This document shows, one piece after another, positions 39,570-52,454 of a stretch of DNA of 64,000 nucleotides. A program made the translations under genes and the position numbers. This DNA comes from Laetmonice hystrix (taxonomy: Eukaryota): positions 18,104,001 through 18,168,000 of the forward strand of contig OZ249438.1 of NCBI GenBank assembly GCA_965235115.1, read 5' to 3'. Within the stretch, counting starts at the first letter, position 1; each line of letters starts with the position of its first letter. The notes under the pieces were generated by a model. It saw only the letters and a program-made list of their open reading frames with translations. It did not search any database and was not told where the DNA came from.

Positions 39570-40035
39570 GAAGCTTTGGGAGCAATAGCACGACGACGTT
39601 CTCACCTCAAACATTAGCCTGATAATTAGGCCCTTTGTCATATACTACTCAGGTAAACTCGGCAACATCAGAAAATTTAAGGATTTCTGTAGTTTAGAGA
39701 AAAACTACAGCATTCAAACTTACATTAATCGAAAGATCTTAATAGACCTACAATGAGTAATTTAAAACCAAAATCTCAGAACTGTTGGAGCCGTTTTCGC
39801 GAAATGGGCGATTTTGTCAAATTTGTGCCAAAAAGTCCCTATTTTCGCAAAAAAATTGTAAAAAATAAAAATTTCGAAAATCTGAAAAAAGGGTCCTAGG
39901 AAATGCCCTTAGAAATCACTATGCAAAATTTCAAAAAAAAAAGTTCAATATTTATCAAGATCCAGCTGCTAACAGACGGACGACGGACGCTACCCCATGA
40001 CAATAGCTTATCAGCCCAAAGGGCTGGTAAGCTTT
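39570..40035 (+). mobile_element. Helentron/HINE (DINE-1-like) non-autonomous element; 3' end clear, 5' boundary approximate
   Basis: An A-rich core is followed by ACAGACGGACGACGGACG, then CCATGACAAT and a terminal stem-loop AGCTTATCAGCCC-AAA-GGGCTGGTAAGCT (40005-40033) ending next to TT. This layout is typical of HINEs (established knowledge). Confidence 0.6.
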
Positions 40036-40817
40036 CCCTATGTAGATTTTAGGGACCTTGGAACGGCATATAAATTCTTGGTATTTGCATGTATAATATG
40101 GATTACTTACTAAAACGTAGGGAAAAACCTGATTTCTAGAAGCCACCACTGGGTGAAAAACGCTCCGAAACGTCGAGTCCCGGGAGGGACGCTACGATCA
40201 ATAGCCGGCGAGATTTAATGGAGTCTGCTGTCATTAAAACCTTCCACCATTTAATATATATCGTTGATCTCAACTCTTTAAATGTCACTATTTTTGTCAA
40301 GCACATTAGAGGCTGCCTCTCGTTCCGCTATTAATACGCGGCCGCTTGTTTTAGGGGTTAGTGTTATAGGGATGAGGGAGTCAGTTCTCTGATCTGGGCA
40401 CGGCACGCACAAATAAATGCCAAAGTGAATATCACTAGTATGGCCTCTACATTGGATCTCATTGGTTAGAAATAACCTCAAATCGGTTTAGGTTTCATGT
40501 AATATGGTTGGTTCGCCTGGGCTTTCAGCTTTCAGCTTGCTTCATGAAAGCTCAGGTCAAGCTTGTATGTGGGTCAACTACTTAACATTCTATCGGCGAG
40601 TAGTGGTTTAACCCTTGACTTCTCAAAGATTAAGATGTACTTTTTAAAACGTTTCCGACAATAACGTGTTTTCTGTGCCTGCCATATTGAATTTCTATGT
40701 TTTACTGGTAGCAACCTTTAATCTAGGAATCGTCTTCTATGACATTATCAACGAAGCAGTAAATCCTTTCTGGTTGGGAGGGCCACTGGGTCAGAATCTC
40801 GTAGCAAACCTTGAGCT

Positions 40818-41747
40818 AGATGATGGCAAATAACAGTGTAATACTTGGGTCACCTATACCGCCAAACAAACGGACAGCAGTAAGTAATAGATGATGGCAA
40901 ATAACAGTGTGATACTTGGGTCACCTATACCGCCAAACAAACGGAGAGCAGTAAGTAATAGATGATGGCAAATAACAGTGTGATACTTGGGTCACCTATA
41001 CCGCCAAACAAACGGACAGCAGTAAGTAATAGATGATGGCAAATAACAGTGTAATACTTGGGTCACCTATACCGCCAAACAAACGGACAGCAGTAAGTAA
41101 TAGATGATGGCAAATAACAGTGTGATACTTGGGTCACCTATACCGCCAAACAAACGGACAGCAGTAAGTAATAGATGATGGCAAATAACAGTGTGATACT
41201 TGGGTCACCTATACCGCCAAACAAACGGACAGCAGTAAGTAATAGATGATGGCAAATAACAGTGTGATACTTGGGTCACCTATACCGCCAAACAAACGGA
41301 CAGCAGTAAGTAATAGATGATGGCAAATAACAGTGTGATATACTTGGGTCACCTATACCGCCAAACAAACGGACAACAGTAAGTAATAGATGATGGCAAA
41401 TAACAGTGTGATACTTGGGTCACCTATACCGCCAAACAAACGGACAGCAGTAAGTAATAGATGATGGCAAATAACAGTGTGATACTTGGGTCATCTATAC
41501 CGCCAAACAAACGGACAGCAGTAAGTAATAGATGATGGCAAATAACAGTGTGATACTTGGGTCATCTATACCGCCAAACAAACGGACAGCAGTAAGTAAT
41601 AGATGATGGCAAATAACAGTGTGATACTTGGGTCATCTATACCGCCAAACAAACGGACAGCAGTAAGTAATAGATGATGGCAAATAACAGTGTGATACTT
41701 GGGTCACCTATACCGGCAAACAAACGGACAGCAGTAAGTAATAGATG
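40818..41747. repeat. Minisatellite, 71-bp unit, about 13 copies
   Basis: Unit GATGATGGCAAATAACAGTGTGATACTTGGGTCACCTATACCGCCAAACAAACGGACAGCAGTAAGTAATA. Confidence 0.97.
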
Positions 41748-42812
41748 CCGCCGGATCGCCCGCACAACCTGCATCTGTCCTCCTGAGACAGAAACAGGAG
41801 GCCATGACGTCGTTTCCATCTTTCACTCCCACTCTCTGACAGCCAGACTTGTGTATTAGTCTCTGCCCGTCATGATCAAGCGACCGACTGACAGCCATCG
41901 GTGAGGGCAGAGGGCGAGCTGGCTTGTTTCACCTAGTCCAATCTATCCATTCTTATGTCAACTCGGAGCTGGGCTGCACTCCATCACGGGACGCGTCAGC
42001 CTTCAGGTACCGGTGGCTGCACCAGGAACAAAAGGCATGGATCCGGGCCCGTGATCACGTCACACTCGGCCTCCCACCCGGCCTGACACTGACATCAAGA
42101 CTTTCAGTTTGTCTCTAATCTCAGGAAACAATTTACCAATCCGACAGCACCCCTATGATGGTTAATATTGTCTCTAGCTGCTGCTACTCCTGATCGGACT
42201 CCACAATTAATTCCCTGCTGTAAGTCTCTCGGCTCAGTCTCCATGTGTCGTCTCACCACCTGTTGGGATGTTTCTTGTCACAGCAATATTTACCGACATG
42301 GTTACCCTCTGTGGGATTGGACTCGGAGCTCACCAGCCTGCAAGGATGACCTGCACTGATGGCCTGCATCGACAGCATGCTGTGCAGCAAAGCCTTTAGC
42401 CCTCATGTCCTGCCCACCAGTCCCCTGGGTATACCAGTAATGTTAGCCCCCTGTCATTTCACCAAGGCTGCTTTCCTGGCTGCCTTACTTCCATTTACCC
42501 AGTTCCTTGTGACGCAGATACATAGCCTCCTGTGAGACTATGTCTGGATACACTGGAGGAGAAACGAAACATCCAGGAGGGGAAACCTAAAACTGCATCA
42601 CTTTCCTTAAGAACATCACTTTGTGCACATTGCACATCGCCCTCTGAGCGGCCTCCATCACTTTAGACCTGACAGATATCCTGATGTGATCAGTGCGGGG
42701 GCGAGTAGCCGGGCTCCGCACGCTGATTAACGGGGGTCAGTCGACACATTGATTTAACGTCTGTCAGCTCAGTGAGCTGCTCATGATATGGCCATCTGCT
42801 AGTCAAATGTTT

Positions 42813-42925
42813 AGGCTGGGCTCTGCTGGGCTGGGCTGTGCTAGGCTGAGCTTGGCTGTGCTGGGTTAGGCTGTGCTTGGCTGGGCTGTGCTTGGCTTGG
42901 CTGGGCTTGGCTTGGCTGGGTTGGG
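42813..42925. repeat. Degenerate pentamer repeat (GGCTG/GGCTT/GTGCT)n
   Basis: ggctgggctctgctgggctgggctgtgct...ggcttggctgg. Confidence 0.85.
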
Positions 42926-45900
42926 CCATCAAACAGAAACATGGGACTGACCAATACAGCTCACGCAACCACTGCCTCTCTTTCCTTGGAGCGGCTTGGC
43001 TAAATCCATTGGTGGTTCTCTCTATACCAGCAGCCAGGGACAAACCGCTGTAATTTGCTTAAATCTCCACTTTCCTAGGGATGGCTTAGCCGGATCCTTT
43101 GGTAGGCCTGTTACATAGAGACTGACGTCAAACAGATATGCACCCATGTTTATACAATGGTTCTCAAAGTTGCCGTAGTAATAATAGATTAGACTACTCT
43201 ATAAATCTAAGGGGGTTATTCACTGACTGAACATAAGTAGGAGGCACGAACCACAGGGAGTCGAACGGGTCTGGCCAGGATGATTAAAAAGGAGATGAAC
43301 CATAAGCCATCTTTACAACAATACTTTGTTACACATTCACTTGAAGCCGTCTTGCCGTCTGCACCCTCCGGCTTTTTCCCGGCTTTCACAGGTCGTGCGT
43401 GGAGCCGAGGAGCCGGGCAGCTACGCCGGATGATATCTTAATCAGATGAGAGGGACACGGAGGCAGCACAGAGTGCACATTGCTGACGTCATGGCTCAGA
43501 CTTACCATCTCTGCTGTCTTAGACCTTCAAAGACCAACACGCTGTATGTGGCTACCTTCCCCAATCAGCAAAAGGCCAAACATTTATTGACAATGACAGG
43601 CGTCGGGAACCAACCTCAGACCTGTCCCACCACTTAAACATGATATAATACTTCCCACAAGAGAGCCATCAGGGACACAATCATTGCGCCACAGAGAACT
43701 AACTCCAAGAGTGTCATTTTCTCTGGGAGAGTCTATGTTCCTCTCAAAGCGTGGGCGCATCATTCGTGGGCGCATCAGATTTTTTTTTTGCCTCATGTAC
43801 CCATGTAAAACCACCCCCTCACTCTAAAGCAAGACCTGCTTAAGAACCAATCGTATCTCTTGTCCCTTCTCACAAGGAGCCCCATGAGCCGGGGGGCACC
43901 TGGGGATACACCCCACAATTTATTCCTTGTACGAACCCCATCAGAACACTGGTATGTTCAGCCCAGCCCTAGTTCCACGCACAGCTGTCACTGTATGAGA
44001 CAGCAGGAGCTCACATTAACATCTGTCTATTTCTGGTGCCTTTAGGGTTATGATCCTCACAAAATTACCTCGGACTGACTGTATTAATGAAGACATTAGA
44101 ATAGGAAATCCGACAACGGTCGTATTTCTCTACAGTCCTTTTGTCACATTCTGGCCTGCTTGTTTCTTCTCATTGATCCAGAGCATCGCCTCAAGTGTTG
44201 GTGCTTTAACAGTGTCTACACGTAGGTGATGTCGGGTAGGAAAGGCATTGAAATATCATCAGGGGTCCCTAAGAATATTACCCCTGCGTTACACTGGGCT
44301 ACCATTGGTCTCTATGGAGTACAGGTTCAAATCACCCAACACTTGCCCCTGCAGCATTGGGCCTGCATATTTAGGGGCCTGCGGCTGCTAGTACTACCGC
44401 TAATACAGTACACCAACGTAACGCCAAGCTAAAAACATTCATTGTGCATGTAACATGTACCCCCCCCCCCCCCATACCCCAGTTATAAATCGGTTTTTGA
44501 TCAGAGTGTATTGGTGTAGGTGTGTTGACACCAAAGAAAGTGCCCAGTTCGGACAGTTGTTCCAGAGCGATCCATCAACACCACACGCTGATCCATGGGG
44601 CTTTAAGCCTGCCCATCTGGTCAACTGCTGCCCCGACCCAGGCCATCAGCACTGGTCCCCAGATCACATTAGGAATCAATATGGCCTAATAGTTGGGGTC
44701 AGCCTCCTCCAAGAGGTGGGCCGGGCGGCCGGCGTGCCCGACTCCTGTATTGCTAAGCAGGTTAGTAGAGATCTGAGAGGTAGAACGTCTCCCTCAGCTC
44801 CAGCCGACGGCTGCTCGTTTGACAGAACATTTCAAGCCGGTAACGATATATGGTGTCCTGCATCATTAGCCATTGCCAACAAGTACCAGCCACAGGAAGC
44901 CGATCGCAGGCGCTCCCTATAGCCGGAACCCTCATACCCACTGACCTAACCTACAATTGAGCACCATCCTATCAAATGATAGGCGTCTGAGAATCCAGCA
45001 AGTGCGCCTTCTAAGGTCATCCAGGAGGATACCAATTGCACACCATTTTATTGCAACCAACCGACAAACGTGAAGCTAGTCTTGAATCGAGGTTCGAACT
45101 GGATGCCTGTAAATTGCAGTCAAAAGCCAATTACCCGAAAGACTGAACGTGGCCACGCAATGTCAGCATCCTTCTCAATTCCAGCATTCCTTAATCAATG
45201 AATCATTCTGACCCTGGCACAAACATTCCTCAACCATTCTCAACAATTCACGTTTTCCTCATGTTCCAGGCTTCAACCAAATGAGAAACGTCAATTTGGG
45301 GATACATATTTCATGTCGACTAGCTCCTGGAGTTGCTCACCGAGAATTGGTGCAACACAGCCTGTTGGTTTCTAACAAGTACACACGTGGTCTGTACATT
45401 TTAAAGGTGCATTTCAGAAAACCCTGTTTTATCTAATACTTCAGAAATGTGGCTATGCAAATGGAGCTCCTTTTGGTTGGATCTTTCATATTCTGCCTAA
45501 TAACTTCTCTTCTCATATGTGAATAAAGTCCTAACTTTAAGAAAACATCACATTTTATGATATACAGGCTAATCATCTACTCCTAACTCGGGGACTGTGC
45601 TGTAGTTTGGAGGTGAAGTGAAAGCCTCATTACTGGATACAGCGAGTCCAAGAGGCTGTGAGCCGGCAACAGGAGGCGCTGGAGGCGGTTGCATGTCACG
45701 TGTGACGTCCGCCGCCGGCTACGGTTTACCTCACAAGTCTCCCCTCCGCCTGTCAAGCCTCATCATCTTAAGCACGGTACTTTTCTTTGTGCTTTCAATC
45801 TTCCCATTCATCTTGTTTAATTGGATGTATGAAGAAAAACTTCTTATGATATTATGAATCAAATTCTGCTGACGTTGATGAAGGCTAAACTTCACCTTGG

Positions 45901-46206
45901 CGGGCGCCTTCATCGTTCTGACAAGTGATCATCTCGGGTTGGCTCCTCCTAGCCCACATTTTTTGGTCCCACCCAATCCCACCCACCACCGTCACCCTTG
46001 CACCGTTCTCTGTTGTTTTAACCAAACTCTGTCCCGGTAAATGTAATTAGGACAAGCATGCCTTGCACTGCAGTTCACCCTCCTGCGTCGTACTAATCAC
46101 GACAGGGTTGAGGGGCAGCGTGCAGAGGTCAGGCGAGAGACGAGGGTGGGGGTGAGGGGAGAGACATTAACATCACTAATACCCTTCACCATATTAATCA
46201 CTCTAG

Positions 46207-47067
46207 GTACCTTGTGGTACAACAATCATATAGTGGTCTGTACCTTGTGGTACAACAATCATATAGTGGTCTGTACCTTGTGGTACAACAATCATATAGT
46301 GGTCTGTACCTTGTGGTACAACAATCATATAGTGGTCTGTACCTTGTGGTACAACAATCATATAGTGGTCTGTACCTTGTGGTACAACAATCATATAGTG
46401 GTCTGTACCTTGTGGTACAACAATCATATAGTGGTCTGTACCTTGTGGTACAACAATCATATAGTGGTCTGTACCTTGTGGTACAACAATCATATAGTGG
46501 TCTGTACCTTGTGGTACAACAATCATATAGTGGTCTGTACCTTGTGGTACAACAAATATATAGTGGTCTGTACCTTGTGGTACAACAATCATATAGTGGT
46601 CTGTACCTTGTGGTACAACAATCATATAGTGGTCTGTACCTTGTGGTACAACAATCATATAGTGGTCCGTACCTTGTGGTACAACAATCATATAGTGGTC
46701 TGTACCTTGTGGTACAACAATCATATAGTGGTCTGTACCTTGTGGTACAACAATCATATAGTGGTCTGTACCTTGTGGTACAACAATCATATAGTGGTCT
46801 GTACCTTGTGGTACAACAATCATATAGTGGTCTGTACCTTGTGGTACAACAATCATATAGTGGTCTGTACCTTGTGGTACAACAATCATATAGTGGTCCG
46901 TACCTTGTGGTACAACAATCATATAGTGGTCTGTACCTTGTGGTACAACAATCATATAGTGGTCTGTACCTTGTGGTACAACAATCATATGGTGGTCTGT
47001 ACCTTGTGGTACAACAATCATATAGTGGTCTGTACCTTGTGGTACAACAATCATATAGTGGTCTGTA
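46207..47067. repeat. Minisatellite, 33-bp unit GTACCTTGTGGTACAACAATCATATAGTGGTCT, about 26 near-identical copies
   Basis: Direct reading. It explains four ORFs of 284-316 aa. Confidence 0.98.
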
Positions 47068-50000
47068 AGACGCAACCACTTCTTTATTATTGCTAGGACT
47101 TTACTTATTTACCCAAACAACTGTATAAATTGGATGCATCACTATATCGACGCCAATTCAATTAATATTTCACCTCAACAATGAGAGTTGGAAATTCAGT
47201 TCCAGGAGAGAGAAAAATAACTACACAACAATACTCACGTCACTCAGTGACGTTGGCGTATTCACATTCGTCACCCTTGTATGACGACTACTCGTTCTTA
47301 AGATTCGTTACATTAAGTTTCCCACTTGTATTTATAATGATGAAACAGTTCTAACTTGGTTCCGTAACATGTACTAAAAACATCTTTGATATTCTGATAT
47401 AACTCTAATCTAAATGGATAATTAGATTCCTGGGTGGTATCATGGGAATCCTTGTCACAGTTAGTGAATGAGGGAGGATGTGATAATAATTCAGTCACAT
47501 TGTGGCTAAGGTCCCTCATGTCATCACTGTAAGGCTGGCTGGGCTACTCCTACGCCTCTCACATCCGTTAATCATTCACAATTAAGGTTGCACACAAAGA
47601 CTGATAACTTAGCCACCCGGTTACCTGCTAACTGACACAACTAATGATTATACAAAATAAAGGTCTAATATCTTGTCTCCTCCAATATTTATCTTGAAGC
47701 TGCGTGGGAGTAGTAATTCACTGAATCACTGTTATATTCCAAGCTCAGGTTGCACTCTGGGACTGGTATAGGCAGTGGTTTATCTGGTAACTAAGAGTCC
47801 GGCTGGTATATCCGGTAACTAGAACAGTCCATGATTGATCTCATGAACACTGTGGGACTGGTAGCTCGTCAGGTTGCCCGTCTACCTGCTGACTGAAGCT
47901 GCCACTGGTTTATCTGGACCACTGTTAACCCGTCCAGCTGCTGCTTTATCTTCAGATTCTGGAGGTTCTTAGTCTACATTCAATGTACCTCTATCAATCT
48001 TCTTATGGCGCTGTGAGTCCCACAGAGATTAGCAAGTCTCAGAATTCCATACACTGGTCTCTCTCCCAGTCGACCAAGCTCAATCTCTGGAATTCCTTGA
48101 CAATCGTGCATATCCCCAGAGATCACCCGTCTAGCCACTGGTTCCACCACACTTTATAATTACCTTCAATATCTCTATGCACCTTTTTATGGAATTCTTC
48201 ATCTTGCCGATGTCATTTCCAATACTTCATCAAAATGAAACTCTTTCAAGGCCACACACACGCCACACTTGTGATCTGGCCATGGGTGATAAATGCGAGT
48301 ACATTCATCTCCACTTGACACCTGCAATAATTTCATTAAAAATTACCTGCCTCCTAGTCACATTAAAAGCATCCATTAGTATTTTTCCTCCCATGGACTC
48401 AATCGACATTGTTTTAAAACAGAACATTATTATTCTGTTTATAGAGAATATAATTACGGCCATAAATTCGATGTTTTCACACTTGGTGAGAACACAACTC
48501 CTACCATCAGGGACCAGCTCACACTGTTCGAAATAATGGGAGCTGAACTCAATGTATATTACATTGATTCAATGTATATTACCTTGGCCTGGTACCCTTA
48601 TCTGGTGAATTGCCGCGACTCTGGCCATCATAAACCTAACTGTGTTTGGCCACGATGTGTGGTCAATAAATGGACCCAGTCCAGCTCAGCTTGCTGCAGT
48701 CATGCTTCAGCTCACTCTCATGGTCAGATGAGAGGCACAGCCTTCAGATGTGTCGTTTTTGTGAGACGAGGACAGTTTTGAGCTGAAGCGGAAGTAGCCG
48801 AGTGCCAGGCTGGCATGGATTCCCTGGTGGCCGCTGGCACACCAACGACCTGAGAGTGCAGAGACAAGCACAGCGACACGGCGCTATACCAATTCATCCT
48901 CTGTCCTCAACTATAGTTGTTCTGCTTATAAAGAAATGTAAGCATCTGCAAAAAGATGCCATATCAGGTGATGCATAATCCAATAGAATGTTTTAAGCGG
49001 CCGTCGTTAATAAAGTTTTTCCGTCTTGATATCGTATGGTTTTCCCTACGATAAGTGTTGGGGACGACCAGTGACTGTATGAGGAGTTGCCGCTTTCATA
49101 CCGACCAATCTGCTCACACGGTATTACAGTGTCCCATAGACCGGTCCTCCCCCTGCCGGTCGGATGGGACACCTTACAATACTGCATACAATGGGGCATC
49201 AACGTCAACTGTCGGCCTTTTTCATCGGCGATCACGCTCACCGAGTACAGTTACATCTGGGAAAAAATGTCATTTTAGCAGCAGCAACAATCTACTTGCA
49301 TTTCACGGCCCCATTCTAAACACCAGTCCATTGGCATTCCCAAGTTCTATCCTGAAACACGGGATCTGGTGTTAGGCCTGCCTAGACAGATTTAAAAACC
49401 CTGACTAGGCATAAATCCAACTGAAACGTGAGGTCGGTCGTAGGCTCCTGTATAACATACGGCAAGAATGATTTTACATTACGACACGAGGTTCATGATC
49501 TCACTCTGGCTCACAACATACCAGTATAAAATATGGGCACACTCTGCCATAAACTAGCCTGTCAGACTTTGCATTCATAACTTCATGCACGGGGTACCCA
49601 GCGAGCGCTCCACTGCCAAGTTCAGGGTTATGTAGCTGAAGTGAGTCGGCGGTGCCCCACATTTTGGACGTTAATTACATTTCTAGTGGGTACTTAATTT
49701 AGCTTACTGGCACAATTCCCAAAGTCTGCTGCCTAGTTAATGGGGTAGCAACAATGGGCGCAACGCTTAACACACAGTTTCTCACTAAGTACCCCCAATG
49801 CTGAAGAAGTTTTTCCCCCTTTGGCCGTATCATAAATCTGTAAGGCACCCATGTCTGTTCTGTGCCCAGTCCTAATGAAAGAGAAGGGCAGCAATTGCCC
49901 AAGGCCTTCGTAAAATGTACCATGTTGAACTTCAATCTGTTTATCCAGTACCTTGAGTGTGCAAATACATTTAATTTGGTTAACAGAGCGGGGCAACCTC

Positions 50001-50460
50001 TCCGATGATTTCCCAGCCCTCACCTACTTGTAGGAGCTGGGTTTATCCTTGAAGCAAGTTTTTGGTTTGAAAAGGAAAGAGAAGTGATGATTACATGCAT
50101 GAAGACTGCTCCAGCCCTACCTGCCATGCACAATGTTAAAGGTGAGCGAACGCATCGTCTTGATGGTACTAGAAATCGCCCAGGCAGACCATTCAATGAA
50201 GCGTTAAGGTTTTAAAAGCAAGAAGTTAGGGTTTGAAAAAACCGGTCCCATGTCTAGAAGGCGCCCCTCCACGACACCCATCCGTGCTGCCTCAGCCCTC
50301 CGCCTGTCACTACACAGTGTGCCCAAACTATCCCAACACTTAACCCTGAAAATGTCATTATCACAGGGAGGCCCATCCAGGCCCTTCAACCACTTACACC
50401 CTATCAGCCCCACACAGAGTGCTCCTGTCAATGCTCTAATTGCACGTGTCGCACATGCTT

Positions 50461-50476
50461 GCCACTAGGGGGCGTC
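50461..50476 (+). promoter_or_regulatory. CTCF-like motif GCCACTAGGGGGCGTC
   Basis: Close match to the CTCF core CCAC(C/T)AG(G/A)(G/T)GGCGC, about 170 bp into the large intron. Motif match only. Confidence 0.5.
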
Positions 50477-50643
50477 TACCACAAGTTTGTCAGCAAGTTG
50501 GGCCCCGTGTCTCTTGGTTGACACGAGCTGTCTGTTGTGGCGGGGTCTTTAACCTGAAAAGGGGGGAATTTGGGCTATATTGTGCACATTAAAATCTGCA
50601 AGTGAGTGGGGCAGCGTGAAAAAGGTTGTAAGCGGGCACGTAC

Positions 50644-50805
50644 CTGGCACTTGTTTGGCCCAGCCAATTGTTGCGACAAGCTCGCGATCAGCAAGGTCGG
50701 ATAATGTTGCCATGAGTTTGAAGTCGTCGTCTGGGAGGTTAGGGTCTGGCATGGCGTACACCTTCTCCGGCTCTATACTGAGTAACGCTGCCAGCAGCTT
50801 GGTAT
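50644..50805 (-). CDS. ERR: NR3/ERR-like nuclear receptor, first visible LBD exon (helices 1-3/4), 162 nt, phase 1/1
   Basis: Minus strand reads tctttcag|AT ACC AAG ... GTG CCA G|gtacgt. It translates as [54 protein letters not shown]. This matches the ERR signature EPEKIYAMPDP...[22 protein letters not shown] (recalled family sequence). The exact subfamily is uncertain. Confidence 0.93.
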
Positions 50806-52412
50806 CTGAAAGATTACAAGGAGCGGGTCGGGGCCCTGTAGTCCGGTAACATCTGTCTGTTCACAATGCCATGGTCGTTCAACGGATACAAGCAAGATAA
50901 ACAACAATTCACTCGGAAATCATGGAATCTTCTTTATAAACATCAATGCGTATCATGATAATGTTTAACATTATGTGATTTAATATATTAGTCACCACCC
51001 GTTCTACCCGAAACAATGAGAAAACAAACAGTAAGTACACAGGTGCTAACCTGCTAACAATATCACCGAGTGTGTATTATTGCTTCAGTCCATGGAGTTT
51101 AGTATCGTCTCTCCACTGAGAACAAAGTACCAGAATGCAGCTGTTTATAGTTTCATGCCTCCGTGGATCACTTTGCCCATTAACCAAGAATAACCTGATA
51201 TTGGGCATCTCCATCCACATGAAAGTGTACAAATTGCTCTTCATTAAATGAGTTATTCTTGTGATAAGTCTTCACATGTTATTGGAGGGGATATCTGCTG
51301 ATCTCCTCAACCATTCCCTTCCTATCAAGAATTATCCAAACTGTCAGTGTTGATGATTACGTAAAGTAACACCACTTCAGCCAAGTCTGATTGGATGTAC
51401 GGCGGCCTATAGGAGTGGCCCTTACACAGACCATCTGGGTTCGTCCCTATCACGGCCAATCAGATGCCACATAACACTGACAGGAAAGGTTGACTTCTGG
51501 CAAAGGTTTCATGAAGCTAGTTGAGTGCTGATTATCAGTGCCACTGTCAGCTTTCTTTTATTTCTGTATTAAAAAATCCCCTCGGGTATGTCCCTTGGAT
51601 TAACCTATCGCCGTCAGACTTGGGTTATGTGATAAAGCTTACCATACAAAGATAGGACTTACTATACACATGATTGTTCCATTCCAAGACTTGGGTTTCT
51701 TCAGAATTTTTCTGGAAACGATTCAGCGCTAATACTATTCTCATACGAAACCAGCCTGTTTAGGTTGCCAGTTCCCCAATTAAATCTGGGAGTCTAGGCG
51801 AATGGGAACCAATAAAAATGATATTAAGGCTGCCAGTCTAAGCTATCAGCCGCCCACACCAAGCCAATGTAGATTCCAGGATCCAATATTGAAGCTTTCA
51901 GTTTGAGCCTCCAGTATTTTATTGCAGAGGTCTATACAATCGAATAAATCAGCGAGAGCTCTTTTCACATTTATCCTGCATCACAGTAGGATCGGGGGAA
52001 TTAAGTGGTCATTAAAGGTCAACTACTACATTAATCGTCTAAATACACGCTAAGTGAGAAATAAAATATACCAACTCTACCTGCCTGATTACTAGTTGTT
52101 CTTAGTTCAATCATACTTTTAACATCTCTTCTTCCACCAAACTTATAATTACTGCTGTTTCCCATTGGATACCTTTTGATATTCATGTTTTATAGCTCAA
52201 CACGCGTACAAATTATACAACGTTACTGCTTAGCGAGGGAGAAGGCCTCTCTGCCCTGAATTGCCCGGGCTGGATCCCGTACGCCGAGACTGATATTGGA
52301 TCACAACGGGTGGCACGAACTCATTTGCATCTTGCTACCCTTGACCCGGAGGTGAGCAATGACATGTTCCTTGAGGCAATTACCCAACCATCAATTATGA
52401 TGCCCCTGGGAG

Positions 52413-52454
52413 GGTGGTGGTGGTGGTGGTGGTGGTGGTGGTGGTGGTGGTGGT
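52413..52454. repeat. (GGT)n microsatellite
   Basis: Pure run. Confidence 0.95.

Larger units (their letters stand above)
17527..50643 (-). other. About 33.1 kb GT-AG intron of the ERR-like gene
   Basis: Bounded by GTACGT and TTGCAG. The flanking exons join in frame (VP-G-FIN). I found no other NR-like exon inside. Confidence 0.85.

Noticed and set aside
43247-43315. tRNA/SINE-like A box (TGGCTTATGG) and B box (GTTCGACTCC) on the minus strand
   Set aside because: No cloverleaf could be built and only one copy is visible. It is too weak to call.
20660-45020. ERR response element-like words (AAGGTCA at about 20666, 25033, 45013; TGACCTTG at about 27524)
   Set aside because: None of those I noticed matches the full TNAAGGTCA, and the frequency looks compatible with chance.
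46146-47096. ORFs of 284-316 aa
   Set aside because: They are translations of a 33-bp tandem unit that is open in four frames on both strands, with no unique coding flank.
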